DNA from: Octopus vulgaris
Lineage: Eukaryota
DNA: 64,000 nt
Direction of reading: 5' to 3'
NCBI GenBank assembly: GCA_951406725.2
Contig: OX597823.1
Location: forward strand, 14,570,001 to 14,634,000
Shown in pieces: positions 38,243 through 52,096 of this stretch. The notes under the pieces were generated by a model. It made no database searches. It was not told where the DNA came from and saw nothing but the letters and a program-made list of their open reading frames with translations. Position 1 is the first letter of the stretch; each line of letters opens with the position of its first letter. Position numbers and translations under genes: made by a program.

Positions 38243-39720
38243 TGCTTGCTTCCTTACTTACCTACTTACTTACTTATTTACTTACTTGCTTGCTTGCTCG
38301 CTTGCTTACTTACTTATTTACGTACTTATTTACTTACGTACTTACTTGCTTACTTACTTGCTTACTTACTTGCTTACTTAATTACTTACTTATTTGTTTG
38401 CTTGCTTGCTTACTTACTTACGTACTTGCTTGCTTCCTTGCATGAATGCTTGCTTGCTTACTTGTTTGCTTGCTTGCTTACTTACTCACTTCCTCACTTA
38501 CTTGCTTGCTTTCTTTCTTACTTACTTGCTTATTTACTTACTTGCTTGCTTGCTTGCTTTCTTGTTTACTTACTTGCTTGCTTGCTTGCTTACTTACTTA
38601 CTTACTCACTTGCTTACTTACTTGCTTGTTTGCTTGCTTACTTACTTTCTTACATACTTACTTAGTTGCTTACTTACTTACTTGCTTGCTTCCTTTCTTA
38701 CTTACTTACTTACTTGCTTGCTTGCTTGCGTGCTTGCTTGCTTAGTTACTTACTTTCTTGCTTGCTTGCTTGCTTGCTTGCTTGCATGCTTGCTTACTTA
38801 CTTACTTGTTTGCTTGCGTGCCTGATGGCTTTCTTGCTTACTTACTTTCTTGCTTGCTTGCTTACTTGCTTACTTGCTTGCTTACTTACTTAATTGCTTA
38901 CTTACTTCCTTGCTTACTTGCTTACTTACTTAAATATGTACTTACTTACATACTTGCTTACTTACTTACTTACTTACTTAATTACTTGCTTGCTTGCTTA
39001 CTCACTTGCTTGCTTACTCACTTACTTGCTTGCTTGCTTGCATGCTTGCTTAATTAGTTACTTACTTGCTTGCTTACTTGCCTGCTTATTTGCTTGCTTG
39101 CTTGCTTGTTTGCATGCTTGCTTGCTTACTTACTTACTTGCTTGCTTGCGTGCTTGCTTACTTACTTACTTGCTAGCTTGTTTGCTTCCCTGCGTGCTTG
39201 CTTGCTTGCTTTCTTGCTTGATTGCTTACTTGCTGCTTCTTTCCTTCCTTACTTACTTGCTTGCTTGCTTGCTTGCTTGCTTACATACTTGCTTACTTAC
39301 TTGCTTACTTGCTTGATTGCTTGCTTGCTTGCTTACTTACTTACGTACTTACTTACTTACTTGCTTACTTGCTTACTTACTTACTTGCTTACTTACTTAC
39401 TTGCTTGCTTACTTACTTGCTTACTTGCTTACTTTCTTGCTTGCTTGCTTACTTACTTAATTGCTTACTTGCTTGCTTACTTGCTTGCTTACTTGCTTGC
39501 TTACTTACTTACATACTTACTTACTTACTCACTTGCTTGATTGCTTGCTTGCCTGCTTGTTTGCTTGCTTGCTTACTTACTTAATTACTTACTTGCTTGT
39601 TGGCTTACTTACGTACTTGCTTACTTGCTTGCTTGCTTGCTTGTTTCCTTACTTTCTTGCCTACTTACATACTTGCTTACTTGCTTGCTCCCTTCCTTCT
39701 TTACTTAATTACTTACTTAT
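38243..39720. repeat. (ACTT/GCTT)n mixed tetranucleotide tract, ~1.5 kb
   Basis: Direct reading. Confidence 0.96.
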
Positions 39721-39822
39721 TTATATATATATATAGTTAATTTTGAAAAAAAAAACAGAATAAAAGAAACATGACGACAAGGAAAGTAATAATATGACGT
39801 TCAGATAAGGAAAAGAGTAGTT

Positions 39823-39857
39823 GTTTTACGTTTCGAGCCTAGCTCTTCTTCGGAAAC
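39823..39857 (-). ncRNA. Minimal hammerhead-like motif (U4C variant)
   Basis: GTTT-CCGAAGA-A-GAGC-TAG-GCTC-GAAAC-GTA-AAAC. Confidence 0.6.
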
Positions 39858-40814
39858 AAGAAAAAATAGAAAGGTCCAAAAGGAAAAGAAGAAAGGGTAC
39901 ATCTTTGAATACGACAAATAGAAAGTGCCTTCTGGGATAGGAGAGTATGAAGATGGTCGGTATGTATGTGTGTGTGTGCGTGTAATAGCGTGTGCATGTA
40001 TGGTATCTATATAAAACCCCATGAAGCACCAAAATATTTAACTACATTCAAAACAACTTGCTTATTCTACTTGAAGATCAATAGACGAGAGAGAGAGAGA
40101 GAGAAATGTTTGAAAATCAACAGCTAAATTGCTTAGGATCTGATTTGGTCCAAATCTTCAGGTGGGCAAGAACTGGGATGAGGTTATGAACAATGTTCAG
40201 TCTTAAGCAGAAATGAATTGAGAGTAACCTGACCTGAAGTGGTTGAGCAGAGGTGAAGAACGTTGCTTCTAGCCTCTATTACCGCTTAGGTTCAGGAGCA
40301 AAGACGACTAGATTGACTAGAACGTCTGCTCTTTCGCTTTTGGCGGAAGGAACACTTTCTACTGTTCAAATGGATAATATGTTGAGTGAGTCTTGGTCAA
40401 TGATGCGCAGACATGCACTGAGACTACGGCTTCGGCAGCATTTCCCAGGCAGTGATGAAGGGCTCTTATCGATTAGAGCATCGTCAAGCACTCACAACCC
40501 TCTACTAGTAGGACAATATGGAAATTTCATATTGGCACTTTATTTAGGGTTACTAGGGGAGTAAAAGCATCCACGTTCTCGGGGAAATTTAGTGTATACA
40601 TATACACGGGTTTCTGTACTTTACATGAATTTTACGGTGGTGTCGCAGAATAATCGACTATTTAATTGACCTTAGTAAACGACTGGTACTTTGATTTAAC
40701 AATCCTAGAAGTATAACAGCAAAGCCAATTTCGATAAGATTGGACCAAACCAAAATCGTATTTTTCCGATGCTCTGCCGATTTCAAAATACCTGTCTTCC
40801 TTACTACACTAGTT

Positions 40815-41103
40815 ATAAAATCCTAAAGCTCCACGAGGCTCCGGCAGGGGATGGTGGTGATCCCTACTGTACTCTTTCACCACAACTTTCTCTCACTCTT
40901 ACTTCCTGTTTCTGTTGTACCTGTATTTCAAAGGACCGGCCTTGTCACTCTCTGTGTCACGCTGAATATCCCCGAGAACTACGTTAAGGGTACACGTGTC
41001 TGTGGAGTGCTCAGCCACTTACACGTTAATTTCACGAGCAGGCTGTTCCGTTGATTCGGATCAACCGGAACCCTCGTCGTCGTAACCGACGGAGTGCTTC
41101 CAG
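40815..41103 (+). repeat. Probable interspersed repeat (retroposon tail)
   Basis: GC-richer, hairpin-rich block that I recall as a cephalopod repeat; single copy here, so weakly supported. Confidence 0.35.
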
Positions 41104-42386
41104 TTATAAAATACCACGTTTGAAAGGACGCACTTTGGCAAATTTAGATTTTATGCTTATTACTCCTCTCTCCACTTTAACTTTTACCCTCCATCTTCGT
41201 TGGAGTCTATCATTCTCCATTCTTCTCAAATTAACAGTGTTCATATTAATCTTCACCTAGTTGTCATCTCTTCTGGTGTTTACGTCCCCCGCTTTCCAGT
41301 ATTTTCAAGTTTTTAACGTTCTGCTTGATTATCTCCCCTCTTTGGCCGTTGTCCAGCACATGTCACTTATGACATTTTCTTCCATTTTTCAACATTTCTC
41401 TCTTCCTATCTCCAGCTACTCTTAATCTTTCTTTTTGCTACCTTCAGGAAAAAATTCTCACTAGCCAATGGTTCTGCCAGAAATATTGAGCTTTACTACT
41501 TCCTCATGGCAAAGCAATTTATTCTACTTTAGAAATATTTATCATAAAATGACAAGATAATCACAGTTGGAAATCCTTTAAATATTGTTCTACGCAATCA
41601 AGGCTGACCTACTCCGTAAACAACGACGATGATGACTACCTCAATATATAGGTTGCAATGTCAACTACCAATTATCACTCCTAACCGATAGACACCATAC
41701 AGATTTCTAAGAATTGTAAATTAAACGAATGTGTCAATTGCTTCTAATAATTCTCGTCAAGCTGCCATACTGGTTTTTCTAATTCACGTCAAACGTCCAT
41801 ATTAATTCATTTAATACCCGTTAAACCTCCTTATTGATTCTATTAATTCCCGTTAAACATTTATATTGCTTCTTCTAATTCTCATTAAACCTCTGTAGAC
41901 GATATAATCAGTGATGAAGCATAAGCAAATTTAATGGAAATCACTTGAGACAAAGTAGAGAAGTTAATTAAGGTAAAATAACTCGACGGCGTTGTAATAT
42001 CAAATATATTTGTTTTAGAGTATCACCACAAACAGTGTTTATGTAACGTTATCAAACGCTGTATTTCCTTTTGCTGTTGTTGTCGCCTCCGTCTGAGAAG
42101 ATCCGTAAGAAAGGGGGATAACAACAATAACACTCTCATCTGTTTTACAGCCAACAACTCACCAACAGCATATCTCTAGATGTGCTACTTCTTCAAAATG
42201 TTAGTGTAACATGACTTATATCCGTGCAGTTGCACACACACACACGCACACATGCACACGCACACACACACATACATACAGGCATAAGTTGCCTCACAAG
42301 TGCTAGGCGAAAACACAAAAGAAATAAAACAAGTGAAAGGATTTAAACAGTGTTCGATCCTTTCCTAAGGAATATTGCTTCTGTTA

Positions 42387-42794
42387 TCTCTCTATATATA
42401 AACGGCAGTTTGTCTGTCTGTGTGTCTGTGTGGCTGTCAGGTTGTACCCTCACCCTGACCACGGCTTTCAACCGATTCTGATGAAACTTGACACACACAT
42501 AGCCCCATGTCATAATTCAAAACTAACGCAGCGAAAATTTTGAAAAGTTCCCCCACTTCTGAAAAAAATCGATAAATTCGATATGGGGTCGAGAATCGAA
42601 GCTTTTTATATGCAACACATTTTCTGTCGGGAGACAGCTAGGAACATGGTATACATAGAAGTATTCGAGTGAAGAGAAGACATTGCAACCTACACATGCG
42701 CCTTCGTTCCCTAGAGGGAAAGAGCTAGATTGGGATTAGTCGTTGCCTACTAGGGGCTCTTACATACCCGGGCAACGCCGGGCTATGCTGCTAG
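42387..42794 (+). mobile_element. Non-autonomous Helitron
   Basis: A|TCTCTCTATATATAAA, (TCTG)n, 3' hairpin CCCGGGCAACGCCGGG, CTAG|T. Confidence 0.88.
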
Positions 42795-42871
42795 TATTTG
42801 TATATAAACAAAGAAAAAATACCTCCGTCACTTCTGACTAATTTTTCTATCATAATTAACACACACACGCG

Positions 42872-42949
<78 letters not shown>

Positions 42950-42961
42950 CATGTATTAATT

Positions 42962-43336
42962 TATTCTTTTACTTGCTTCAGTCATTTGACTGCGGCCATG
43001 CTGGAGCACCGCCTTTAGTCGAGCAAATCGAACCCAGGACTTATTTTTTGTAAGCCTATTACTTATTCTATCAGCCTGATTTGCCGAACCGCTACGTTAC
43101 GGTGACGTAAACACACTAGCATCTGTTGTCAAGCGATGTTGGGGGTGGGGTGGACAAACACAGACACACAAACATACTCGCACATAGAAATATATACATA
43201 TATACGACAGACTGCTTTCAGTTTCCGTCTACCAAATCCACTCACAAGGCTTTGGTCGGCCCGAGGCTACAGTAGAAGACACTTGCCTAAGTTGCCACGT
43301 AGTGGGACTGAACCCGGAACCACGTGGTTGGTAAGC
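42962..43336 (-). mobile_element. SINE family X (tail + most of head)
   Basis: Contiguous tail, short simple repeat and head; shows the intact layout of the family. Confidence 0.85.
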
Positions 43337-43697
43337 ACTGACGGCTTCTGTGTTGTTGTTGAGTGTATTCGGGCTTGTGTTAGGAGACTTTTCATAGATT
43401 TGGGTTGTCTCTTGCATTTTATGATGGTGTGTATTTGGAGGATTAAGTTCATTCTGTGGTCCCTTTTTAGCAGGAGAATGTTTTGAACGATGGCGTCGAA
43501 GGCTTCGTTGTTAAGAGGGTTGTGTGTGGAGATGTATGGTAGGGCTTTTGGTTGTAAATCCTTCTTTAATTTGGGATGTCTGAGTTCGTGGATGTTGCGT
43601 TGAAGGGCACGTTGAAACCGTATGTCAATTAGTGAAGGTGGGTAGTTCCTGGTGATAAGTGTATCCTTTAGTTCATGTAGTGATGTGTCTCTGGAGG
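43337..43697 (-). pseudogene. Penelope-like ORF fragment (RT thumb/linker)
   Basis: RNYPPSLID...PYISTHNP...KRQPKSMKSLLTQAR, parallel to QNYPMELIN...PFINTYNP...KRQVKNIKKQLTRAK at 48410-48690. Confidence 0.75.
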
Positions 43698-44217
43698 TAC
43701 TATAGTCGGCCCGAGACTATAGTAAAAGACACTTACCTACGGTGCCATATATATATATATATTCGGCTAAGCCTGGCCTTCCTTGGTTCGGCCGCCGTCT
43801 ATGCAACATCTATATTCCTCCCTGTGCCTGTGAAATCTTGTATTCCCGCCGTAAAGCTTTACTTCAACACACACCAGTTTAATTTAATTCGTCCTTAGTC
43901 GAAAAACACCTGGTTTTATGTCCTGTTATTTGTATTTGTGTAATATTCTCCATTTTTTCCGTCCTTGTTTTCGTATACATTCGCTGCTTTCTTCCAAGGA
44001 ATCTAATGCTCTTAGCTTAGTTTTTCCTTGGGGCTGGCCAGATTGGAGCAATCTTGAGCATAACCAGCCGAAATTGCAAAGATAATCTGGAAGTCGACCG
44101 AGGAAAGAAAACTCCGAATGATCCGTCCTTATTTTCTTTGTATCGTCTGTCTGAATGTTTTGTTCCTTTTTAGTATCACCTAACTGTCTGGAGGGTATGC
44201 GTTCTTATCTCATTTTG

Positions 44218-44513
<296 letters not shown>

Positions 44514-44581
44514 GATAAATTCCTCTATTTACATAATAACGAGATCTCTTTCTTTCTTTTGTTGTCTTACCATTTCTATCA

Positions 44582-44621
<40 letters not shown>

Positions 44622-45166
44622 GTATACACGCACAGACAAACACACACACACACACACACACACAGTTTTTTTACTACTAGATACGATCTTTCAGGCGACA
44701 AGTAATCCTTGTCAGCCATAACGTATCCGTTTCAATACAAAATTGCTCTTTCATTTTTTTTTCTAGCGCCAGTCACCTCAAAGGCATCGGCGGTTCATGC
44801 GGCGTGGCAGTCATCAGATATAATTGGCTGTGTTATGATCTTGGTTTTCATTAGTTTTTGTTTTATAGTTATTAATAGCACATTTGATTAATTACTTCTT
44901 TCAAGCCGCTTACGGATTTATTTCACAAACTCCGCCCTACCTCGCTTATACACTCATGTACACTCAGTGAATAGGCAGATGAACGTACGTCTGTGTGCCG
45001 GTATGTATGTATATATGTACGCTTATATATACTTTTATTCATTCTTTTATTCTTTTACTTGCTTCAGTCAATATGTATATATATACATATGTATGTATAT
45101 ATATATTACACACTCACACACACATATATATATACATATATACACACATACACACACATATATATA

Positions 45167-45231
<65 letters not shown>

Positions 45232-45249
45232 ATATACACATATATATAG

Positions 45250-45290
<41 letters not shown>

Positions 45291-45382
45291 TCCAAACAAG
45301 AAAGCACAAAAAACACAACAACGCGAGGACGTGGAACAAATATAGTATTATTGGACGCTCAGGAGAGAAGGAAAGAAGGAGG

Positions 45383-45417
45383 GTTTAACGCTTCGAGCGG
45401 AGCTCTTCGTCGGAAAC
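45383..45417 (-). ncRNA. Degenerate minimal hammerhead-like motif
   Basis: GTTT-CCGACGA-A-GAGC-TCC-GCTC-GAAGC-GTT-AAAC, inside a repeat (45290-45480) related to 46515-46690. Confidence 0.5.
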
Positions 45418-45503
45418 ATAGGAGAAGGAAAGATCCAGAGAAGGGAAGACAGAGGAAAAAAAATCGCCAACGGTACACACCTATATACACATATATCTAC
45501 ATA

Positions 45504-45563
<60 letters not shown>

Positions 45564-45605
45564 CATCTGCCAACCAATATATCTATCTATCTATCTATCT
45601 ATCTA

Positions 45606-45754
<149 letters not shown>

Positions 45755-45908
45755 CATATATATACATATATACATATATGTGTGTGTGTGTATGTAAATA
45801 TATGTGAGTGTAAATGTGTATGTATATATATATATATGTATGTAGATAGATATATATATACATTTAGAGAGAGTGTGTGAGAGAGGAAGATGGGGAGAGA
45901 GATAGAGT

Positions 45909-45946
<38 letters not shown>

Positions 45947-46450
45947 ACCAGCCACAGGAAGAAAAAATATAGACAGACTGGAACGTATATTATGCATATA
46001 TGTTTGCTTGTGTGTGTGTGTTTATGTGCGAGTAAGTGTACGTTTGTAATTACATATTCGCTCACCCGTACACGAACATACATACATACATACATACATA
46101 CATACATACATACATACATACATACATACATACATACATACATACATACATACATACATACTTACATACATACGTACATACATACATACATACATACATA
46201 CATACATACATACATACATAAAGACATATCGAAATGTATAGTACGGCGAAAGAAGAAAGAATCATTCTATACATGAAAACTAGACGGAAGCAGGCTGCAA
46301 GGAAGTGGAAAGCATTTTTGGCATTATGATATCTGCTAACTGCAAATGAAATATGAAATGAATATATTTTATGTTCCTACAAGAATTTGCTCTTTTCTTT
46401 ATTCTAAACTTTTCTCATATATTTGTATACATACATACGTACATACATAA

Positions 46451-46494
<44 letters not shown>

Positions 46495-46565
46495 TTTCAT
46501 AATGTAAGCACATGTGAATCGTCGGCGATTTCCTGCCTCCGTCTTCCCTTCTATTGGACTTCCCT

Positions 46566-46601
46566 GTTTCTGAAGAAGAGCGTCTGCTCGAAACGTTAAA
46601 C
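46566..46601 (+). ncRNA. Minimal type-I hammerhead motif
   Basis: GTTT-CTGAAGA-A-GAGC-GTCT-GCTC-GAAAC-GTT-AAAC; palindromic AACGTT stem III. Confidence 0.7.
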
Positions 46602-46708
46602 CATCTTTCCTTTCCTGAGTGTCTGTTAATACATTACATGTGCCACGTCCTCACGTTGTTGTTGTTTTTGTTTGTTCTGTTTTGGGATTTACTATACATA
46701 CATACATA

Positions 46709-46775
<67 letters not shown>

Positions 46776-46776
<1 letters not shown>

Positions 46777-49105
46777 TGAACCGTTCCCGCACTCACAAGG
46801 AAGCCTGAAGTTCAGAAATAGAAATTGGAGACGTAACAACACAACCCATTTTTAGGGAGAAAATTCTACAACTGTGATCCGGAACCGATACGGTATATGT
46901 TCCTAATGAACCCACAAAACACACAGACCCCAAAATTTTAGATTCATCAAATAGACACCTGAACGAAAATTAAATGAGTTTCTTACTAAAAGGTTTCAAA
47001 TTTACCCCGACATCCACTCCGAATCTCATAGAATTAAAATCCGATGATAAGAACTTTAACCGTCACCTCCATCTTATAGAATTCTTCGACACCAAGAAAG
47101 TAGCGGACGAACCAATCGTAAGAAAAAAAATCTCATTTCACCCCGTACGAGAGGAGAGATAAACACCTAGATACATATATAGAAACAATCTCGAAATTCC
47201 CTCTCAGTACCCATAAATGCAAACAGAAGCTTCATGAAGGAGGAAAGGAAGCTTTACAAAGACTACAAAACGACAATTCAATCATCCTAAAGGAATCCGA
47301 CAAGGGAGGGGCATAGTAATCATGGACAGACACTACTACAAAGAAAAAATGCTAGAAATTTTAAGATCAAACATACTGAGGAAGAATCAAGACATCCGGA
47401 AAAAACAACACTGAAGAAAATAAGAACATTAATTAACGAATACCAATGAAAGGTTCTATTTATGCAACTTAATAATCAAAGAGAGTAATTTCTACAGATT
47501 GCCCCAAATCCACAAAAGTTCCGAGATACAGAGGGCCATAAATGAAGAGAGGAGTCAGTACGTAAAAATACAAAGACCCACAGACCTCAAAATGAGGTCG
47601 ATGGTTGCTGAGCCCTAAGCCCCAAAACAACAACTGAGTCGCCTCTTGGACTTACTCCTCAAACTCTTATGCCCATTAATATCCAACTATATACGGGATG
47701 ACATAGACTGTCTCAAACACATCCCAACTGCTGTCCCGGAAGGTACTATACTTCCAAGTTTTGACGTCACTAACTTCTATCCCAACATACCGCATACCTT
47801 AGACCTGGAAGCGGCCAAACACTGGGTAGTGAAACACAGAAGAACGTTTCAAAACAGACTTCATTACCAAAGTGACCTATCTAGTACTAGATGAAAACAC
47901 CTTCAAATTTGATAAGATATACCAACAGATAAAGTGCACGGCTATAGGTACGAAATTTGCACCCTATTATACCAACCTAGTCGTGAGTTACCTAGAATGT
48001 AGACTTTACGAGGAAGTAGGAAAAACCTTTGATCACAACTTCAAGGCAAATATAGTGAAGAAGTGGAAGCGCTACCTCGATGACTGCTTCATTTTTGGGG
48101 AGAGACCAATATAAGACCTACGAACATTTCACAACACTCTCAACACAGCCTCCATCTACCAAATTCACAACAGAAACCAGCTTCAATGAACTACCATTCG
48201 TAGATAGTCGCATCAAAATACATAGATCCACTGTCACAACACATATTTTACAAAAAGAGAGACATACACCAATATTTAAATTTATACTCTTGCCACCCGT
48301 CACACATCAAAAGGAACATCCCATACAGTATGGCGAGACGCATCTGCCCCATCGTAACTGACCCACAAATACGCCAAATTAGACTTGATGAACTCAAAAA
48401 CTTCTTACAAGAGCAAAATTACCCTATGGAACTTATAAATAATGGAATCTCGAAAGCAATGAAATTAGACATGATACAACTTAGGACTCCAAACGAAAAA
48501 AACAAGGAACATACAATTCCATTTATTAACACTTACAACCCAGGAATAGCCAAATATTTTCCACGTTATACAACCGAACCTACCTTACAAAGCCCCAAAA
48601 TGAGAAAACTGATAAACCGTAAGCTGCCTGTGAAATAGTAAACGCCAGGTAAAAAACATTAAAAAACAACTTACAAGAGCAAAATTCAAACCAGAGAATG
48701 AAAGAGAATTCTCCGGGAATATGCAAGAACAACAATAACTACAAAAATATAGATGGGGACACGCATATAAAATTTAAGAGTGGATTCTTATTCAAAGTAA
48801 AAGCAGATATGAACTGCAAGACACAAAAGCTCATATACTACATTATTTGCTCCAAATGCAAGGAGAATTATATTGGTGAAACCAATAATTCCTTTTGCCA
48901 ACGTGCAAGAATCCACAGGAGCACACTCGACAAGAGCAACTACGGAAAATTCCACTGCGCAAACATTTGGAAATATGTGGAGAGTGAAAATTCAAAATTT
49001 TCCCCTTCTACAAATCTTCGAGGAACGACCCAAACTTCCGAAAAAACAATAGAGGTACACTTCATAAAGAAGTTCTCACCAAAATTAAGCTCTTGCAAAA
49101 ATTGA
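46776..49105 (+). pseudogene. Near full-length degenerate Penelope-like element (RT + GIY-YIG)
   Basis: In order across frames: LLKGFKFTP, KESDKGG, FYRLPQIHK, SFDVTNFYPNIP, YQQIKCTAIGTKFAP, WKRYLDD, LPFVD, SCHPSHIKRNIP, NCKTQKLIYYIICSKCKENYIGET; many stops and frameshifts. Confidence 0.92.
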
Positions 49106-49670
49106 ACTTTTGGAAATATGTGAAGGAAACATCAAAGTTCCGAAAGATAACGGAACTGTACTTCACAAAAAAAAAAAAAATTCCGAATCAAATATTAACA
49201 TAACTATTTTGAAATTCCACCTGAGAATTCTATATGAATTTGATTGTATATATGTTAAAGATGATCTCAAACCATTGCTAAAAGTTTTTTATCACATTGT
49301 TGTTGGACCCTGCAAAACACTCCAAATTCAGAAATTTTATAAGAACAGCTGCTTTCCCCCTTCTATACCTGGCTCTCTTTCTACTTCAGAAAATTCTAGG
49401 TTAGAGCTTTAAAGTATATTCAAAGCAAAACAGTCAACCGGAAATAGATGAATTTGGAAATATAATTTTGACAACAGTGTATTGCTTTTTAAAAATTTTA
49501 TCTTGAAGTCTGAAGGACAAATACACGGACAAAAATCAAGAGCTGAATCTTTAATTATAGTAATTAATTATTTAAAAACAATAATCATAATGTGTACTTA
49601 TGAATGTGTGGTGTGTGTATGTGTGCACAAATATGAACATGTACATATACAGATGTCGTTGAGTGAGTGT

Positions 49671-49768
<98 letters not shown>

Positions 49769-49769
49769 A

Positions 49770-49810
<41 letters not shown>

Positions 49811-50412
49811 ATGTAGATGTGTATCTGTATATATATACATATATAATTGCTGTGTGAGTGTATAGTGAACTCAAAAATAACTCTTTCGAAAACATCTAGA
49901 ATTTCAATCAAAAAAAGTTGGCCACATCCATACAACTATTCTTTAATGAATACAAAAAGAACAAGACCTGGAAATGCAATTATAATTTTTAAAAGGCTAC
50001 TAAGTACTAAACAAACAAGTCTGACCAAGCCACGCCTATTTACCTCCCCCTCCTTCGAAAATCATTCTGTCTTCTCCCTTGCTTGGCAAACCCTACAAAA
50101 TTTTTATACATAAAAAGGTCAAGAAATTTAACTTTAAACAACTTTTTGATAAATCCTATAACGGAAGAAAGCGCTAAAATGTAAATAAAATGTAAATAAA
50201 AAATATATATAATCATCCAACATTCTGACTACCTAACTATTCTAAATATACAGTATCTGTACATCACTTCAAAAACTCTGTCTGTCTGTCTGCCTGTCTC
50301 TCTCTCTCTCTGTCTGTCACTCTCTCTGTCTGTCACCCTCTCTCTCTCTCTCTCTCTCTGTCACTCTCTCTCTGTCACTGTCTGTCTGTCTGTCTCTGTC
50401 TCTGTCTCTGTC

Positions 50413-50490
<78 letters not shown>

Positions 50491-50619
50491 TACATACATA
50501 CGTTCGTATAGATAGATAGATAAATAGATACATACATACATACATTCCTATGTACATACATATATAAAGTGACCAACAAGTTATTGGTAGCTTGATAATT
50601 TCTTATAATAGCAGGGTTA

Positions 50620-50735
50620 TTCATTTCAACTCTAGGCACAAGGCTCGAAATTAGATCGACCCCAGTACGCAACTGCTACTTAATTTATCGACCCCGAAAG
50701 GATGAAAGGCAAAGTCAACCTCAAAGGAATTTGAT
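50620..50735 (-). mobile_element. Family-N SINE fragment
   Basis: TTAATTTATCGACCCCGAAAGGATGAAAGGCAAAGTC. Confidence 0.8.
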
Positions 50736-51291
50736 TAGCAGAGTTGTTACAATAATGTCTTCATGTGAATATGTTAAAAACTAATCTATCCGACATTAGA
50801 AGCTAATCTATCTGACATGGCGGCTAATTTTCACGATTACTATTTTAAATGCTGGACTTGACACTGTGTAGAGTATCGTGTAAAGATACCCAACATACCT
50901 TAACGGACCAAAGAGGTGCAAACTCTGTATAGCCGAAAGTTGTTATATACATTTTAGATTTAAGAACTCTACTGACCATCTGAATATTAGATCCGAAATT
51001 TTCACTAAATATAAGCATCTGGACAAGTTTTCTAGTTTCCGGATAAAGTATGCAGTCCCACAAGCATTAAGCTTTCCCGTTAATTAAATTAATTACAAAT
51101 CCTGATTCTAACGGGTGAAAGAGAGGAAACACTGAATTTCTTTTACTTGTGTTTCTTTTGTTTTTCCTCTTATTTCACTATCATTTTTCCTATTATTTTC
51201 ACTCTTTCTCCTTCTCTATGTCTCTGTCTCCTCTCTCTCTGTTTCCCTCTCTCTCTCTCTTTCTTTCTCTCTCTCTCTCTCTCTCTTTCTT

Positions 51292-51325
<34 letters not shown>

Positions 51326-51351
51326 ATAGAGCAACCGTGTTGTATTCTGAA

Positions 51352-51746
51352 CTAGCAGTATCGCCCGGCGTTGCTCGGGTTTGTAAGGGAAATAACTATA
51401 TAAGCATTTTTAGAGAGTTATAGCCAAAAAATAGCAAAAAAATGCATTAAAAATTGAAAAAAAATTAAGGTAAATTTTTTTTAAATCGTTGACACATCGT
51501 AGATATTTTTAGAGAGTTACTTCCCTTATATAAAAGCGAAAAAAATGCATTAAAATGGAAAAATATGATGGTAAATTTTTTTTAAATCGTAGACTCATCG
51601 TAGACGCACGCTAATACCCAGAAGGGCTCGATATGAATCACGACTATAAGATACCCGCTTTTGGTTAAACTGCACCGCAAAATGTGGGAGTAGTTAGGAA
51701 TCTAAATCGTAGGAGACAGACACACAACTTCACTCTTATATAAAGA
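51352..51746 (-). mobile_element. Non-autonomous Helitron with internal ~100-bp tandem duplication
   Basis: Minus strand A|TCTTTATATAAGAG...CCCGAGCAACGCCGGG...CTAG|T. Confidence 0.88.
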
Positions 51747-51749
51747 TGC

Positions 51750-52072
51750 TTTTTTTTTTCAGTCATAGAGTTAGATTTATGAAGGTCTTCAGTAGAAAAT
51801 CCTTCGAATTCTGACTCGCTGCTTGATATAATGAAATTCGTATCCATTTTTTGTCAGAATTACAAATTTTGAAAACACGATAGGAACAAATTTCGGAAAA
51901 AAATCTCCCATAATTCACGGAATTAAAATTACACTTCGATTTTTGTACAAAACTGTAGTTGAAGTGTTTACGAAGTATAATACGTGTTTTCACGAATGTA
52001 CTAAAGAGATTTGCTCTGATATTCTCATTTAAATATGAATAGGTAAATTCGGGCGGCTTGGTAACGAAAGGG
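51750..52072 (-). mobile_element. Possible piggyBac-type left end
   Basis: TTAA|CCCTTTCG terminus on minus strand followed by an acidic ORF start MDTNFIISSSESEFEGFSTED; the other end was not found. Confidence 0.45.
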
Positions 52073-52096
52073 TTAAACGGATGCATACATTTATTA

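Noticed and set aside
40253-40564. 103-aa ORF faintly like a LINE linker region (..LRQHFPGSD)
   Set aside because: No catalytic motif visible; cannot be supported without a profile search.
42478-42492. CTGATGAAAC as a hammerhead core
   Set aside because: No stem II between CTGATGA and GAAA; it lies in ordinary Helitron interior.
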